The notes under the pieces were generated by a model that was not told the DNA's origin, made no database searches, and saw only the letters and a list, made by a program, of their open reading frames with translations. Positions 51,869-64,000 of a stretch of DNA of 64,000 bases are shown in pieces. The position numbers and the translations under genes are program-made. Source of the DNA: Paraspadella gotoi (lineage: Eukaryota > Animalia > Chaetognatha); contig CM119264.1 of assembly GCA_051294375.1 (NCBI GenBank), positions 4,055,392 to 4,119,391 on the forward strand. Reading direction: 5' to 3'. Within the stretch, counting starts at the first letter, position 1. Every line of letters begins with the position of its first letter.

Positions 51869-52153
51869 CTTTGTTTTAATTTGGAAACGAGATTTATAAA
51901 GTTTTTGAGAGATTTAGATAAATTGTTTAAATTGGTTGGTATTCTTGGTATTGTTAATTGTTTAAAATCAGGATTTTCGAAAGATTCGTGGAAGAGATTG
52001 AGATGGAGAAAGTTTTAGAGAGAGCGGGTGCGACGATCGTGAGAGCGAGACAGATCTTTGAGAAAGTTTTCGAGAAAATGAGCGACGATAGCGAGAGCGA
52101 GAGAAATAATATTTTTTTTTGTCATCGAGTGTCACCCTTCGGAAGATCGTTCC

Positions 52154-52161
52154 TTTTTATA
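52154..52161 (-). promoter_or_regulatory. TATA box of the PAM2-repeat gene
   Basis: Minus-strand CTATAAAAAG about 290 bp upstream of the ATG, just downstream of a ~100-bp (CT)n tract. The leader is pyrimidine- then A-rich. Confidence 0.55.
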
Positions 52162-52187
52162 GAGGGTCGATGGCCGGGCGAGGAAGG

Positions 52188-52293
<106 letters not shown>

Positions 52294-52644
52294 GCGATGA
52301 AGCCCCGGAAGACAGGTGTCGACCACGACGATGACGACGATTAAAGCTACGATGACGACGACGACGATGATGACGACGAAGATTGCCACCGATGATGAAG
52401 TCGACGACGAAAGTGAACACGTTATATTAATATTTATAATCATATAAAAATATCCTAATAAAGCTAAGAGGAATGATTTAGTTATCATACATATGATGCA
52501 CTATGAAAGTCGCAAAATTACTTGTTTCGCTATCTTTATTTTTTTTAGATTTAAAAATAAAAATATGATATAGTTTAAAGAGTCTTAAGTGAATGTAATT
52601 ATCTTGAACGATGGATGGAGGCCTTATCTCACCATAATCATTTT

Positions 52645-53058
52645 AAAGTCGGGGAAAATGGATTATTTAATAAGTCGACCATTTTTTTTAATTGGTTGTA
52701 CCAATTTGATGAGGCCAAAAATTTAAAACTTACGATCTATTGTAAAAAAAAACCAAACTAAAACTTAGACCTACGTACAAATATTTAAAATTTTTAATCA
52801 AAATATTAATCTTTATACCTGGAACCTGGAACCTAAATCATGAAACGTAAAATCTAACTCTTAGTTTCCTTGTAAGTTATTAAATCCGAATCTTGAAATT
52901 AAAATCAAACTTTAATCTTATGAAATTGGTACAAGCAATAAAAAAATTATCCATTCATTTAATAAACAAGCTATCTTGCCCCTGACTTATGAAATTGGTA
53001 CAACCAATATAAAAATTATCCATTCATTTAATAAATAAGCTATCTTGCCCCTGACTTT
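52645..53058. mobile_element. MITE-like element with ~70-bp imperfect TIRs and a tandemly duplicated right TIR
   Basis: Left AAAGTCGGGGAAAAT...TTGGTTGTACCAATTT is inverted to right AAATTGGTACAACCAA...TTGCCCCTGACTTT. The right arm occurs twice with a 69-bp period (52917, 52986). No TSD identified. Confidence 0.6.
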
Positions 53059-53397
53059 GGACAGGCTTTGGTGGTTTTAGGCCTATTTAGGTTATTTCTA
53101 AAAATTCATATTTAATGGAAAAAATTACTTGACCTGTTGAACACCTGGAACAGCTGGCTGAGTTAAAATGTGGCTTTGGAAAAAAACAAAGACACAACTA
53201 ACAAAGAAAAAAAGTGAACAAAAAAGAAAAGACAAGAAAAGAAAAGAAAAGAAAAGAAAAGAAACGGGGCTTCATCGAATGCGACCTCTTAACCCCGACT
53301 TTTCCCTTCATCAAAATCTCTCATCGGAATTTGAAAACGAAAACAAAGAGATAATTGACTCTGGATCATTCGATGGGCTGCTATGAGGAATTTGACC

Positions 53398-53428
<31 letters not shown>

Positions 53429-53657
53429 TAGATATATAGAAAGGTTGTACATGGACCTAGGTACCCTTTGCAAGAAGGTCCTATAAGGTAACGATGGGTC
53501 CGTTCATTCATTGATATCCGTTTTCTAATACAGAGAGAAACTACACACAAAAAATGTGTATCTACTAAAATATTAGTATTCAGAAAAAGGAAATAAAAAA
53601 ATAGAAACTACACAAATACTTGATTCTCAAATAATTTCTAATGGCGTGCGACGCAAC

Positions 53658-54348
53658 TAGGGTTACGATAACCGTTAACAGTTAACGGTTATTAACGATT
53701 AAAAATAATTTTAACCTAACCGTTAATATATTTATTTTAACGGTTAAATTCGGTTAATTTTTAAATATGATTTTTTTTATTTTTTGGTATAAAATCTTTG
53801 ATTTTTTAAAAGAAAAGTAATTTTTTCTTGTCCTCTCTTATTCTCCTTATGGCTTATGAAAAAATAAAAACAAAAAACAAGCGTTCAAGAAACTAACATC
53901 AAGAAAAATAATGAAGAGATATAACGAAAGAAAAAGAGAAAGAGAGAGAAAGAAAAGACAAAACATAGAATTAGAATTACATTGTGGTTTTTCTTTCTTT
54001 GTCCTTTTATATATTTTTATTATGCTATGAGGTAAAAGAAAAAGTTTTGTAAGTAAGATTTATCACGATGCATTATCTGATTAGCTAAATTATCATAGGT
54101 AGATTCAAAATAGTTTGCTCAAATCAATTTTTAATTTACTAACTAAAATATGTACCTATCTATCTGAAATAGAAGATAAAAAAGATTCAGGAGCAAGAGT
54201 TAAAGATAAAATACCATTAAATACTTTAGTTTGATTTAAATAATAATATTTTAAATTTAAAGTAAAATTATAAAATCAACCGATTTTAAAATATTAGTTT
54301 TAACGGTTAAGCTAAATTTTTCTAAAATTAACGGTTATCGGAACCCTA
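53658..54348. mobile_element. Non-autonomous hAT-superfamily MITE (691 bp)
   Basis: 21-bp TIRs TAGGGTTACGATAACCGTTAA and TTAACGGTTATCGGAACCCTA (1 mismatch). Perfect 8-bp TSD GACGCAAC at 53650-53657 and 54349-54356. Multiple subterminal AACCGTTAA/TTAACGGTT repeats. TAGGG ends with an 8-bp TSD are typical of hAT elements. Confidence 0.93.
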
Positions 54349-54706
54349 GACGCAACAATGATTCATCTTAAATTAACACATAAGGCATTCTCTAATATCA
54401 ATATTGTCTTCTCGTAAAATTGAGTCTAGAATAGATTGATGTTGATGTGGGTACCTTTCCCTTATTTTTGCAATATATTCTCCGAAAACTTCTGTGTGCT
54501 TCTTTGAGCGTTCTTTCAAGGTAGCTGATAACATATCCCGTCCTTATCGCCATCAAGTACTGCAGAGAGATGAGAGAGAGTGAGAGAGAGATGAGAGGAT
54601 GATGAGAGTAGATTGAGAGACTGACGAGAGATGAGAGACGATGAGAAAGAGAGAGAAGAGAAAAAAATGAAGAAATTGACTGTCTCGAGATCAGATCGAT
54701 GAATTT

Positions 54707-54743
<37 letters not shown>

Positions 54744-55005
54744 CCACAACAATTACAAGGAAGACGACATTCATCGAAGATGTCGCGTGACTAGAGATCT
54801 TCACGTGATTCCGTGAAACAATTAAATTCGTATTTTCCGAAAAGAAATCGAAAGAACAAAAAGTGAAAGAAAAAAAAATAGAGAAAACAAAAGCGGAGTT
54901 GGCCTCCGAAAGCCTTTGTGTCCCATTTTTACCCTCTTGACCTGAACGGGGTCAGGGCGCTGCCTATTTGACCGGGCCCTTTCTCTGTTAATTCTCTCAC
55001 ATGGA

Positions 55006-55197
55006 AACCGAAAAAGTAAGGAAGCTGGTTGAATCGATCTTAATTGTAAATATATAATGTAAAAATAAAACTATATTATTAAATTATAACAAAACTGATA
55101 CCGAAAAAAGTAAGGAAGCTTGTTGAATCGATCTTAATTTAATTATTTAATATAAAAAAGAAAATTATATTGTTAAATTATAAAAAACTGATACCCG
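55006..55197 (+). repeat. ~94-bp tandem duplication
   Basis: ACCGAAAAA(A)GTAAGGAAGCT.GTTGAATCGATCTTAATT...TTAAATTATAA.AAAACTGATACC occurs twice. Confidence 0.85.
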
Positions 55198-55381
55198 AAT
55201 TGAATTTTGTTGGATAAACCAGAAATCTATCGGAGGAGAAAAAAAAATACTGAATGCAGATAAATAAATCGTTGAATGTTTATCGTCCATTTGCGTAACT
55301 TTAAAACTCTCTCTCTCTCTNNNNNNNNNNNNNNNNNNNNNNNNNNNNNNNNNNNNNNNNNNNNNNNNNNNNNNNNNNNNN

Positions 55382-55423
<42 letters not shown>

Positions 55424-56300
55424 GAGAGAGAGAGAGAGAGAGAGATTGATTGATTTATATATGCTCAAAATGTGAAAATTTAACACAGTAAATGCAATTG
55501 TTAATGAGCTGTACATATTATGTATGTACACATTTTAAAGAAATGTAAATAAATTAACACGAAAAATCTCTCTCTCTCTCAATTTGATTAATGGACTAAG
55601 CTGTGAAGAGATGAAAGTTCTTTTCTCCATTTTTTTTCTTCGGTGACGAAATGAAATGTCTTCGATCAGATGTGATCTAATTTTGTCCCCAATTGACTTT
55701 GTCGTTGTGTCAAAAAAGGGAGTTAATTTCACTTAAATTGTCTTAATATGTCTTAATATGAGGTTTGCTCGGTCACGTATCGCTTGATGTCCAAGTTATG
55801 GTTAACTCAGGGCAAAAAGTTGTATTTTTAAATTTGAACTTTTTCCATTCATTGTCTTTTATAACTTTGAGAGAAAATATTTTTTTCCTGGCTTACTCTC
55901 TTCTGTGTATCAATTTTGACTTCTGTTTAACTTTTTACCTTCTGTTTATTCTTATTTCGGCGCGTTAGTTCAAAAATACCTTATCATGTATGCTATGTTA
56001 CATTTCATGCGGCTTTCTTCAGTATGCCATATCCCATTTCTAAGTTGAATTTTTCCTAAACTTTCCCACTTCTCATCTCCATTTTTCACTGCAAATTCTC
56101 ACTTCTCACTCTTCACTTCTCAGCTCCATCTTTTTGTTTCCTGTCAGTTTTCTCATAAATAAGTCAGGAGTTCTTGAGATGAATTTTTATTTCGTCGTCC
56201 GGGGAAAAAAAGCTCTCCCTCTCTCTTTCTCCTTCTTTTTCTCTCTTTCTTTCTTTCTTTCTTTCTTTCTATTTCNNNNNNNNNNNNNNNNNNNNNNNNN

Positions 56301-57390
56301 CTCGCCAAGTTTGGTTGAGGACAGCCTTATAATTTTTCAAATGGCGTCATCATACTCTGTTTCTTTCTCTCATAATGTCTTTTTTTTCAGCACCATCCAA
56401 TTGTCAGCAGCAATATTGCTCTCTGACATCTGACTTTGTCTCGCACTCGTTGTGATGTTTGAGTTTGTAATATTCTTAGTTCTCCCACAAGTAATACGTT
56501 TGCTTCCAGCCGGCTGAAATAAGGTCGGAAATGTTTTAGTTTTTGAATCTATACTATTATCCAGGTGTCTACCTTTGCTTGAATCTGATCGTTGTATAGA
56601 GACGTTTTATTGTCGAGCTTCGATAAAGCCGTGTCTATTTCTATTCTTCCCTGCTAAAGTTCTCTGAAGGTTGTCCAAATTTTTGTCAATTCATTTGTTC
56701 ATCTATTCGCTTGTTTCAGAGACTCAAACCTTGGCCTATTCGTCCGTTCTATATGACTTCCTGATTACCATTCGAGTTTCCGTCTATTTTTGTTGATCTT
56801 TCATCAATTTGTATCATTGATGCTGTTGAGAGAATGCACTTGTTTGAATTCGTCATCGAGTTTCGTGGTCAGATTTGATATCGCGAATCGACCTCGTTAT
56901 TTCCATCTTGACCACTTCCGTCCAAGTGACCAAGTCCTTATCAATCTCGACGGTTTCATTGTCGACTTTTCTACTCAGTTTCGGCAAGATTCATCCATAG
57001 CGTCCGTTTTGTTCAATAGCTCCTGTCGGGTCATCGCGATGGTCTGATCCAAGTTGTTCGTCTCTTTGATCACGTCTCATTGATCTGCGCGATGATTCAT
57101 CCAACTCTTTGCTCTCGTGGATACGAGTGTCTTCAACTGCTCAATCTCCTGTTGAATTTCCTCGGTTTCGTTGTCGACATTTTGAATTTTACAGTTCATA
57201 TCGATCGATTCCGTCTCGATCTTGATTTCTGGCTCAAGTTTCGTGTGGTGTCGATTTCGTCCTTTGTTCGTCAATTGTAGACTCAAATGTTGATTTTTCT
57301 CGTAATTTGTCTTTGACTTTCTCAAGTCGGCCAGCAGTTGGTTTATGACGTTCCGTACGTCGATCTTTATTTCTTCTCTCATTCTTTATT
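56301..57390 (-). pseudogene. Frameshifted coiled-coil-rich coding segment (retroelement gag/ORF1-like or noisy host exon)
   Basis: Minus-strand heptad-like peptides (NVDNETEEIQQEIEQLKTLV; IKETNNLDQTIAMTRQELLNKTD; IDTALSKLDNK) over ~1 kb with stops and frameshifts. Adjacent to a 25-N gap. Confidence 0.4.
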
Positions 57391-57468
57391 TCGATTGGAG
57401 ATTTTGTGGCCTTTAAAGTCTCCGTCCGCAGTCCCCGTGGAGCTTGCCCACCCCCCTCGCTGAAATAG

Positions 57469-57578
57469 AAACAAGTTTGAGCAATATAATGCCCGACAGA
57501 TTCAGGCGGGCGGACCGACGGACCGACAAATTGAATTATAGAGTTGCGATCTGCTCATAAGCAGATGCGACTAAAAAA
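57469..57578 (-). mobile_element. Short Helentron/DINE-1-like non-autonomous element (HINE-like)
   Basis: + strand: AAACAAG, GAGCA/TGCCC hairpin, GGACCGACGGACCGAC microsatellite, TTATAGAGTTGC, hairpin ATCTGCT-CATA-AGCAGAT, GCGACTAAAAAA. Confidence 0.6.
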
Positions 57579-57731
57579 TGGTTATCCCATTACATTCTTC
57601 GGACTTTATTACACTAGAAAAATTATGAACGAAATTGATATCTAATATTTGTTATCTTTAAACGCTCTTAATTATTCCATGAAAAAAAAATTTTGGCTCT
57701 CCGAAATCATGACTCCACTCACCTTGTTTAG

Positions 57732-58146
57732 TTCATCGGACCTGACTGAAAGGAAGATCAGCAAGAGGACAACAACAATGATACCAATGACGCCAGAGAA
57801 GGAAAAGAGCACTTTTCCGATCGCAGAGGCGTTTGAGCCCTCGCTTCTTTTTCCCTACTGCTCGTATGGGTCTGGAAGACGCATGGCGATTAGTGAATTA
57901 AATGACCTCGTCTGCGGACCAGAAAATACAGATGTTAAAAATAAATTCACTTGCGAGAACCCAACATTTAATAATACGCGCAGTTACTCACCTACCTATA
58001 CGTACTTTATCGAGGAAAATTTAAAAAAAAATTGGGATGTCGCCTTAAAAAAAATTTACTGGAGAGAAGTAAATCTTACTCTCTGTAGAATGAACAAAAA
58101 CCTTCTAAATGGAAATGCAGGCAAAAAAACGAATGTAGGATTGCAA
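57732..58146 (+). CDS. Candidate internal exon of an extracellular glycoprotein
   Basis: Acceptor TTGTTTAG|, donor CAA|GTAATA. 415-bp open frame of complex composition with 4 Cys and NNT/NLT sequons (…FIEENLKKNWDVALKKIYWREVNLTLCRMNK…). Confidence 0.45.
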
Positions 58147-60284
58147 GTAATAAATTTCACCATCGATTTCATTCCTTCAAATGGCGCCCCGTCGCAATTT
58201 CTATTATATTTACTCTAACCGCTTTCTGCCTCTGAAGTCTAAAATTGTTTAAACCGGTCATTGACTAGTAATGGATTTTGTTAGATGAATGAGAGACTTA
58301 GTCCTACATTTATGGATTCATCGAAAAGCTTTTTTTTTACCACGTTTCAATATAATTTTCAGTATTTAAAAATCGTCTGCTCCGATTATCCTCACAGGAT
58401 TTTCATTTCGGGCCGTTTTAGAAATCCATCTAGACTTAGGCTATATTTTATTGCACCTAATCTTTCGTATCCAATCTTTCTAATTCCCAATCTTAATCTT
58501 TTCTTTTCTTATCCTACGAGTCAACCCTACCAATTCATCGCAGTTCACCCAATCGTTTGACTCGAAACCGATTTCCTAAAGTCGTTTTCTTGTCTCCTCG
58601 TTTCCCATTTGTTCGTGACTAACGAGTCTAGGGAGACCAGCAACGACACCAATCTCGCGACTCGGGCCAAAGAAAAACGAATACAAACCAAACGACATCG
58701 ACGAACCCCAGCGACGCCATCAGCCGCCGTCGAGACAATGAAACGTAAACAAATCAGAGTCAGCGAAAACACGACGACTGACGACAAAGACGACGATAGC
58801 CCATCGGCAGGAACTGAAACTAAAAACGTCTACAACAGGAAAAAAAAAGTCGATATAAACGAGAAGGAAAAAGAAAGTATTGAATTAACTTTTTTTTCCC
58901 TGAAGCATGGTCTCGACGCCGCCCACTTTGCTGGTTCCGGATCGATCAAAAATAATAAAAAATAGAAAATATATAATAGAAAAAATAAAAATAAAAAATA
59001 TTCCCAGTTCCCCGACCGATTTTTCTCCAATCCCTCATATGAATCATTTTTTTCCCCGGGGGCCGCAAGGTGACCTACAAGCCGACAAGGATGACGGAAA
59101 AAGAATGAGAGATCATAACTCAAATTGTTTCTGACGGACTTTTTTTCATTTTTTTTTTTTTTTTTCATTTGTGGTATAGAACTCACTGACGTGTTGATCT
59201 TGGTCTTGATATTTTTATTCTTTGTTTGAAAAAGTAATATAATTTTTTTTTTATAAAACACATTTCTCGATTCCAGAGGCGTCGAGAGTCTGACTCACAT
59301 TCGATTTTTTTCTTTAATCTTCGGCGCCATTTGTAATAAAATGCGTCGTTTTAGTTCTGGCTGTATAAAAACGAACAATTGAGAATACGGTGGGATGTCA
59401 AAACTAGAAAAAAAAAAAAGGAAAAAAAAAAAAAACCCGGTTGTAAACGATAGAAAATTTTTTCATTTGGAAAAGAAGAAAAAAATTGAGGCAGCTGCTT
59501 TGCGGGGCGACGCGATGACGACGACGATGACGATGATGACGACGACGATGATGTCCGACGATGATGACGACGTCGCCAACGTCGTCACAATGAAGGCGTT
59601 GACGTTTTTACGTCGCTCGCGGTTGACGTGCGTCCAGAGGATCGACGAAGAGGAGTTATAAAGGTGGAGTGGCCAGATGGCGCTGCTGGGCACCGGTGGA
59701 GAAAAGAACGTAGGTAAGGCGGCCAAAATTGATCACTTTTTATCATTAAGAGTTATGTAATATAAAATTAATTTCCCATCGTATACTTAATCAATATTTC
59801 CTATCACTTTTTTAACTATGAAGCATGAGTAACATTGAAGCATTAATATTTATCAATTATAGGCAATGAAAATTTAAAAAAAAAATTTAAGAACAAATTC
59901 AGAACATTTTCATATTTCGATGATAAGTGGGTCAAATAATGGAAAAACTCTTTAAAAATCACCATAATCATCAATCGTACCATAATTTTTATAGGTTTGA
60001 TAATTTTAAACAATAAACATAAAAATTTTGAAATCTTGTAGTAATATGTTTTATTTTTTCAAGCTTACCCGATTCCGGTTTTTTAAAAATTCTGATTTTG
60101 CAAAAAAAAAAAAAAAACAACAAACTTTAAATGCTTCTAAGTTCTAACTATACAAAGTATACAAAAGATGTTATCCCACAGGTGGTCTAACGTTATTTAT
60201 AATTACAGAACAGTTTTTACATTGTTCCTCCTTAACGTGGGGGGGGGAAGGGAAAAGGGTATTCGGGGACGAGTGATTAAAGGT

Positions 60285-60335
60285 ATTGGTCACGTGACAT
60301 GCGCCCGATCGAGTTTAAGCCGGTTTTTTGCGCGA
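60285..60335. promoter_or_regulatory. Palindromic extended E-box GTCACGTGAC (USF/TFE-type) with ATTGG and E2F-like TTTGCGCG
   Basis: GTCACGTGAC at 60289-60298, at the start of a CpG-rich island. Confidence 0.4.
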
Positions 60336-61816
60336 CAACGAATTTTCTCTGATTAAGTGGCATCTCGTCGTAATCCGCGTCGTCGTAATTCGTCGTTCGT
60401 CGTTAACTCAGATTAGTTGGGTCTCCATCGAACGCTCGACCTTTCCAGATTCGTTTTCAAACACAGGGCGAATGACAATTGGCCAATGAAACGAAGGAAT
60501 GGCGTCGACGGAAGAAATTTTTGACGAATGGCAATTTGAGATTGATGGCAATCTGTAGAAATTCTCGGCCATTCGACTTTCATATCGGGCAATGTCCCCG
60601 CGAATGTAAGGCGAGTGATTCATCGATTGTCGGCTTGTTGCCACGGCAGAGAACTCAGGCGTCGGCATTGGGCTTCGTTGACGTCACGAGGAATGACGTA
60701 ATCGTCTCGATGAAATCGATTTTTTTTTTCCGACGCCTCGTCCTTTTATATCGGTCATTCAGCTCTCTCTCTCTCCCCGCCCCTCTTCCGACTGTTCAAC
60801 TGTTCGCGCGTCGATCGAGGATCGACTGAAAAAGCGCGGGAACTCGGCTCAAATCTGAGCAACGTTTCGAGACGTCGCGTCTGATGCAAAAGTGGCGATA
60901 GGAATTTTTTTTTCACATTTTGGCCTCTTTTCGGTTTATAGAGATGCCATATGATGTTTATCATTTCGTTTAAAGGGCTCTATCGCAGGGAGATAGATTG
61001 CAATATTTTACAAATCGTCACGAGAAGTTTTGCACTTCCGATTACAAGCTTTTCATTCCGCAATCGGCAATCTCGAATGAAACAAGTAATAAATTCCAAC
61101 TTGAAAGCGTTACTTACAGTCGAGATTTAGGACCTCGTATATTATGGTTTCGTGAAATTGAAATCTCAGGTGATTTAAGCAAACAAAACGTGACGGAAAT
61201 AAAATTTTTAAAAAGGGGGAAAAGTTTGAAAAAGGAACGTAATTTCTGACTAGGAAATAGGAGATTTTATCGCGGGGCCAAAATCCTTGCATTTTCAGGG
61301 ATAACTTCGCGCAGTTTCGGACAGCTAACTATAAGTTCACCGCCCTACGAAAAGAAAAGTAGTCTAACGGACGTGGAGATGAAAAAGAGTGGAAAGATGA
61401 GTATTGGGTGAGTCGAGGTAAGGTCACCGGTGTCAGTTAAGTACCAGAGGAATCAAAATTTACGTAGAAAAAAAAAAGGTAAAGGAGAAAAACTGTAAGA
61501 TGAAGGGAATAAGAATTAAGTTGAGGTTTGGTAGAAAAATAAATAGAAACGGATCCCAGTCATCAAACCCCTGATTACAAATTTTGATTAAAAGAGAAAA
61601 TCCATGTTGCGACTATTTTTTAAAACGAAAGTTAAAAATTTTTTTGACAGCGCGAATAGAATATTTAATATAATACGATGTGAGCTTTAAGCTTAAAAAG
61701 ATTTAGACAAACTCTGAGAGTGCTTATGAAAGTCTGCTACTGAGTTTGAAGAAAAAAACGAAATCCTCCTAGCGTGGCAAAATTTTATGCAGCGAGAGAA
61801 GAGTGAGAGAGAGATG

Positions 61817-61912
<96 letters not shown>

Positions 61913-62780
61913 TAATAAAAAGAGAAAAGTAATTTAGATGGAACAAACCTCGGGAGAGAGACCGAAGAGAGAGAGAGAGACGACGAGAAAGATAGAAAAA
62001 AAATTAAAAAAGGTAAGAAAGAAACAAGAGTAAAGAAAGAAAAAAAGAAAGAAAGAAAGAAAGAACGAAGAAATACAGAAAAAAGAAAGAAAGACAGACA
62101 AAAGAAAGAAAAAAAGGAAAGAAAGATGCCGTTTCCTTTTACGCGGGAAATTCAGAGGAGACGGGCAAGACGAGGAGAAGAAGAAGAGAGGGATGAGGAG
62201 GAGGAGGAGGAGGACGAAACTCTCGTGATTCCGATTAGAAATTAGCAAATGAACCGGATTATTTGTCTCTGGAACTTCTTTCTTTTTGTCCTTTCTTTCC
62301 TTTTTTTTTTCCGCGCGTTTGTTACTTTTTGTCGGATCTGACCTCGTTTTTATTTTCATGAAAGAAGGGTAAGGGAGGGTAAGGGGATAAATGGGTTGGG
62401 AAAAAGACTAAAGGAAAACAAAAATAAAAAAAAAGATAAAGAATGGATGGAAATTTTGTCAAAGGTTTGGAAGAGAAGCCTTGGCTTGTCAGCATTTCTT
62501 GTTTATTAGTTTGTTTTTTCCTTTCTTACTCTTCTTTCATTCTTTCTGTCTTTCTTCTTTTACCTCATTCCCTCTTTCCATTCTGACAGGTACAAGACTG
62601 AATAGGGCCCTAAAGATGATGACGATAAAAATATTAAATAATGAAGAAACTGACGGTATTATTAATGTAATATTTATTTATTATATATCATATATGTTGC
62701 CTAATTAGCGGCTCGGTCAATGGAAAAAACCAAAAGAAGAGGTTTGAGGATCGAGCCAATAATTTCTTTTCTTCCTCCAG

Positions 62781-62891
62781 GAGTCGACGGGAAGCGGAGT
62801 TTTTCGAGGCGCTAGAGACGATATCAGCCGGAGGAGGAAGAGGAAGAGGAAGAGAGGCGGCGTGGCTGCTGTGCGGGTCGGGGCGCCGGAG
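62781..62891 (+). CDS. Candidate 111-bp internal exon
   Basis: Strong acceptor TTTCTTTTCTTCCTCCAG| and donor GAG|GTAAGT, length divisible by 3, open in two frames (ESTGSGVFRGARDD… or SRREAEFFEALETIS…). A further candidate exon starts at 62591 after CATTCTGACAG. Confidence 0.4.
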
Positions 62892-62925
62892 GTAAGTTTA
62901 ATACAAATCGTATGAGAGAGAGAGA

Positions 62926-62962
<37 letters not shown>

Positions 62963-63395
62963 AGAGAGAGAGAGAGAGTGAGATTAATCGACGAATTATT
63001 TTTTACGTGTAGTCGTAATTTTTAATTGAATTTTTGATGCGCAGGGCGTTAATGGGCGTAATGTGATTTGGCGGATGACCGAACTGCCGACAGTATCGGC
63101 GAAAAAGGGCGACTTAAATAATTAATCTTAAAAGTTAATAAGGCCGAGGATAAATTTTATAATTTATTTCATAGAAAATCGTGAATAAAAGGATATTTTT
63201 TTTTGGAATCATGATTAAAACTTCTCCTTTCCTTCAATTTTTGATGATTAAGTGAAATGATAAGGAGGCAAATTAAGAAGAAGTAAAGAAAATCGGGAAG
63301 AAAAGATTCCACTTCATTCGTCAGAAAAAGATCGAATTGAATTTTTAAGGAAGATTAATTTCATCCGAGGAACAAAGTGTCTTTTTTTTCGGTGA

Positions 63396-63477
<82 letters not shown>

Positions 63478-64000
63478 AGAGAGAGAGGCAGAGGTACAAA
63501 AAAGATTTCTTTTTTTTTAATTTATTTTCTTCTTTCGTAAAACATACGATTTATTAAAATCTAAACACATTTAATACTGATTGATTAAAAGATAATAATT
63601 GTTTTTTCTCTTATTTTAGTGTATAATGATTAATTTAACAATAAAAGTCATCAATATTTTAATAAGATTATATTAATGAGTAATGCGATTTCAAGGTTCT
63701 TCTTAGTCAAACATTTTAGTTAAAATCATAAGAGGATTAGAAAAGGAAAAAGGGTGGAGGGTGGAGCTGTACGAAGAGAGAGAAAGGACAAAAAAGAAGA
63801 GAAAAAATTTACTTTGTATACATGTTGTATGCAGTTGCGATGAACAAACGCATGACTAAAAATTGAAAATAAAAGGAGAAAAGAAAAAGAAAAAGGACAA
63901 AAAACAGAAAAAAAATAGGAGGAGGAAAAGAAAGATGAGAATTGTATCAAGTTGAGGCTCGACCTACGACGCTTCGTGTTCCGACTGAACAGGCCATCGA

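Noticed and set aside
51027-52018. Plus-strand ORFs overlapping the PAM2-repeat gene
   Set aside because: Antisense shadows of a GC-rich triplet-periodic repeat. Promoter, start context and motif all support the minus strand.
59668-59686. CTCF-like GGCCAGATGGCGCTG
   Set aside because: Single partial match lacking the 5' CCAC/CCAG half; expected by chance.

Overview
Eukaryotic genomic scaffold, probably from an invertebrate animal. It is AT-rich, with many (AG)n/(GGAA)n/(ACG)n microsatellites, CpG-rich promoter-like islands and 13 N gaps, and shows no prokaryotic features or CRISPR arrays. Four gaps are exactly 25 N and several segments carry dense indels. This points to gap-filling with noisy long reads, so some inverted duplications (29.5-38.9 kb) and many frameshifts are probably artefacts. 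Best-supported elements: a heavily frameshifted LINE ORF2 (APE endonuclease + RT, ~4.1-7.0 kb); a complete 691-bp hAT-type MITE with 21-bp TIRs and an 8-bp TSD (53658-54348); tRNA-derived SINE-like elements; two short Helentron/DINE-1-like (HINE) elements; and a kelch-repeat gene remnant interrupted by a tRNA-Gly-like SINE (~20.4-21.7 kb). There is also an intronless, TATA-driven minus-strand gene (50300-51868) whose product starts with a PAM2-like PABP-binding motif, followed by tandem Pro/Ala repeats and a small Cys-containing C-terminal domain. Several degenerate minisatellites keep a transcription-factor-like motif (E-box, CCAAT) in fixed phase, some next to core-promoter-like sequences. 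Most ORFs in the supplied track are microsatellite or N-gap artefacts. All family assignments come from visual motif recognition; no searches were run.
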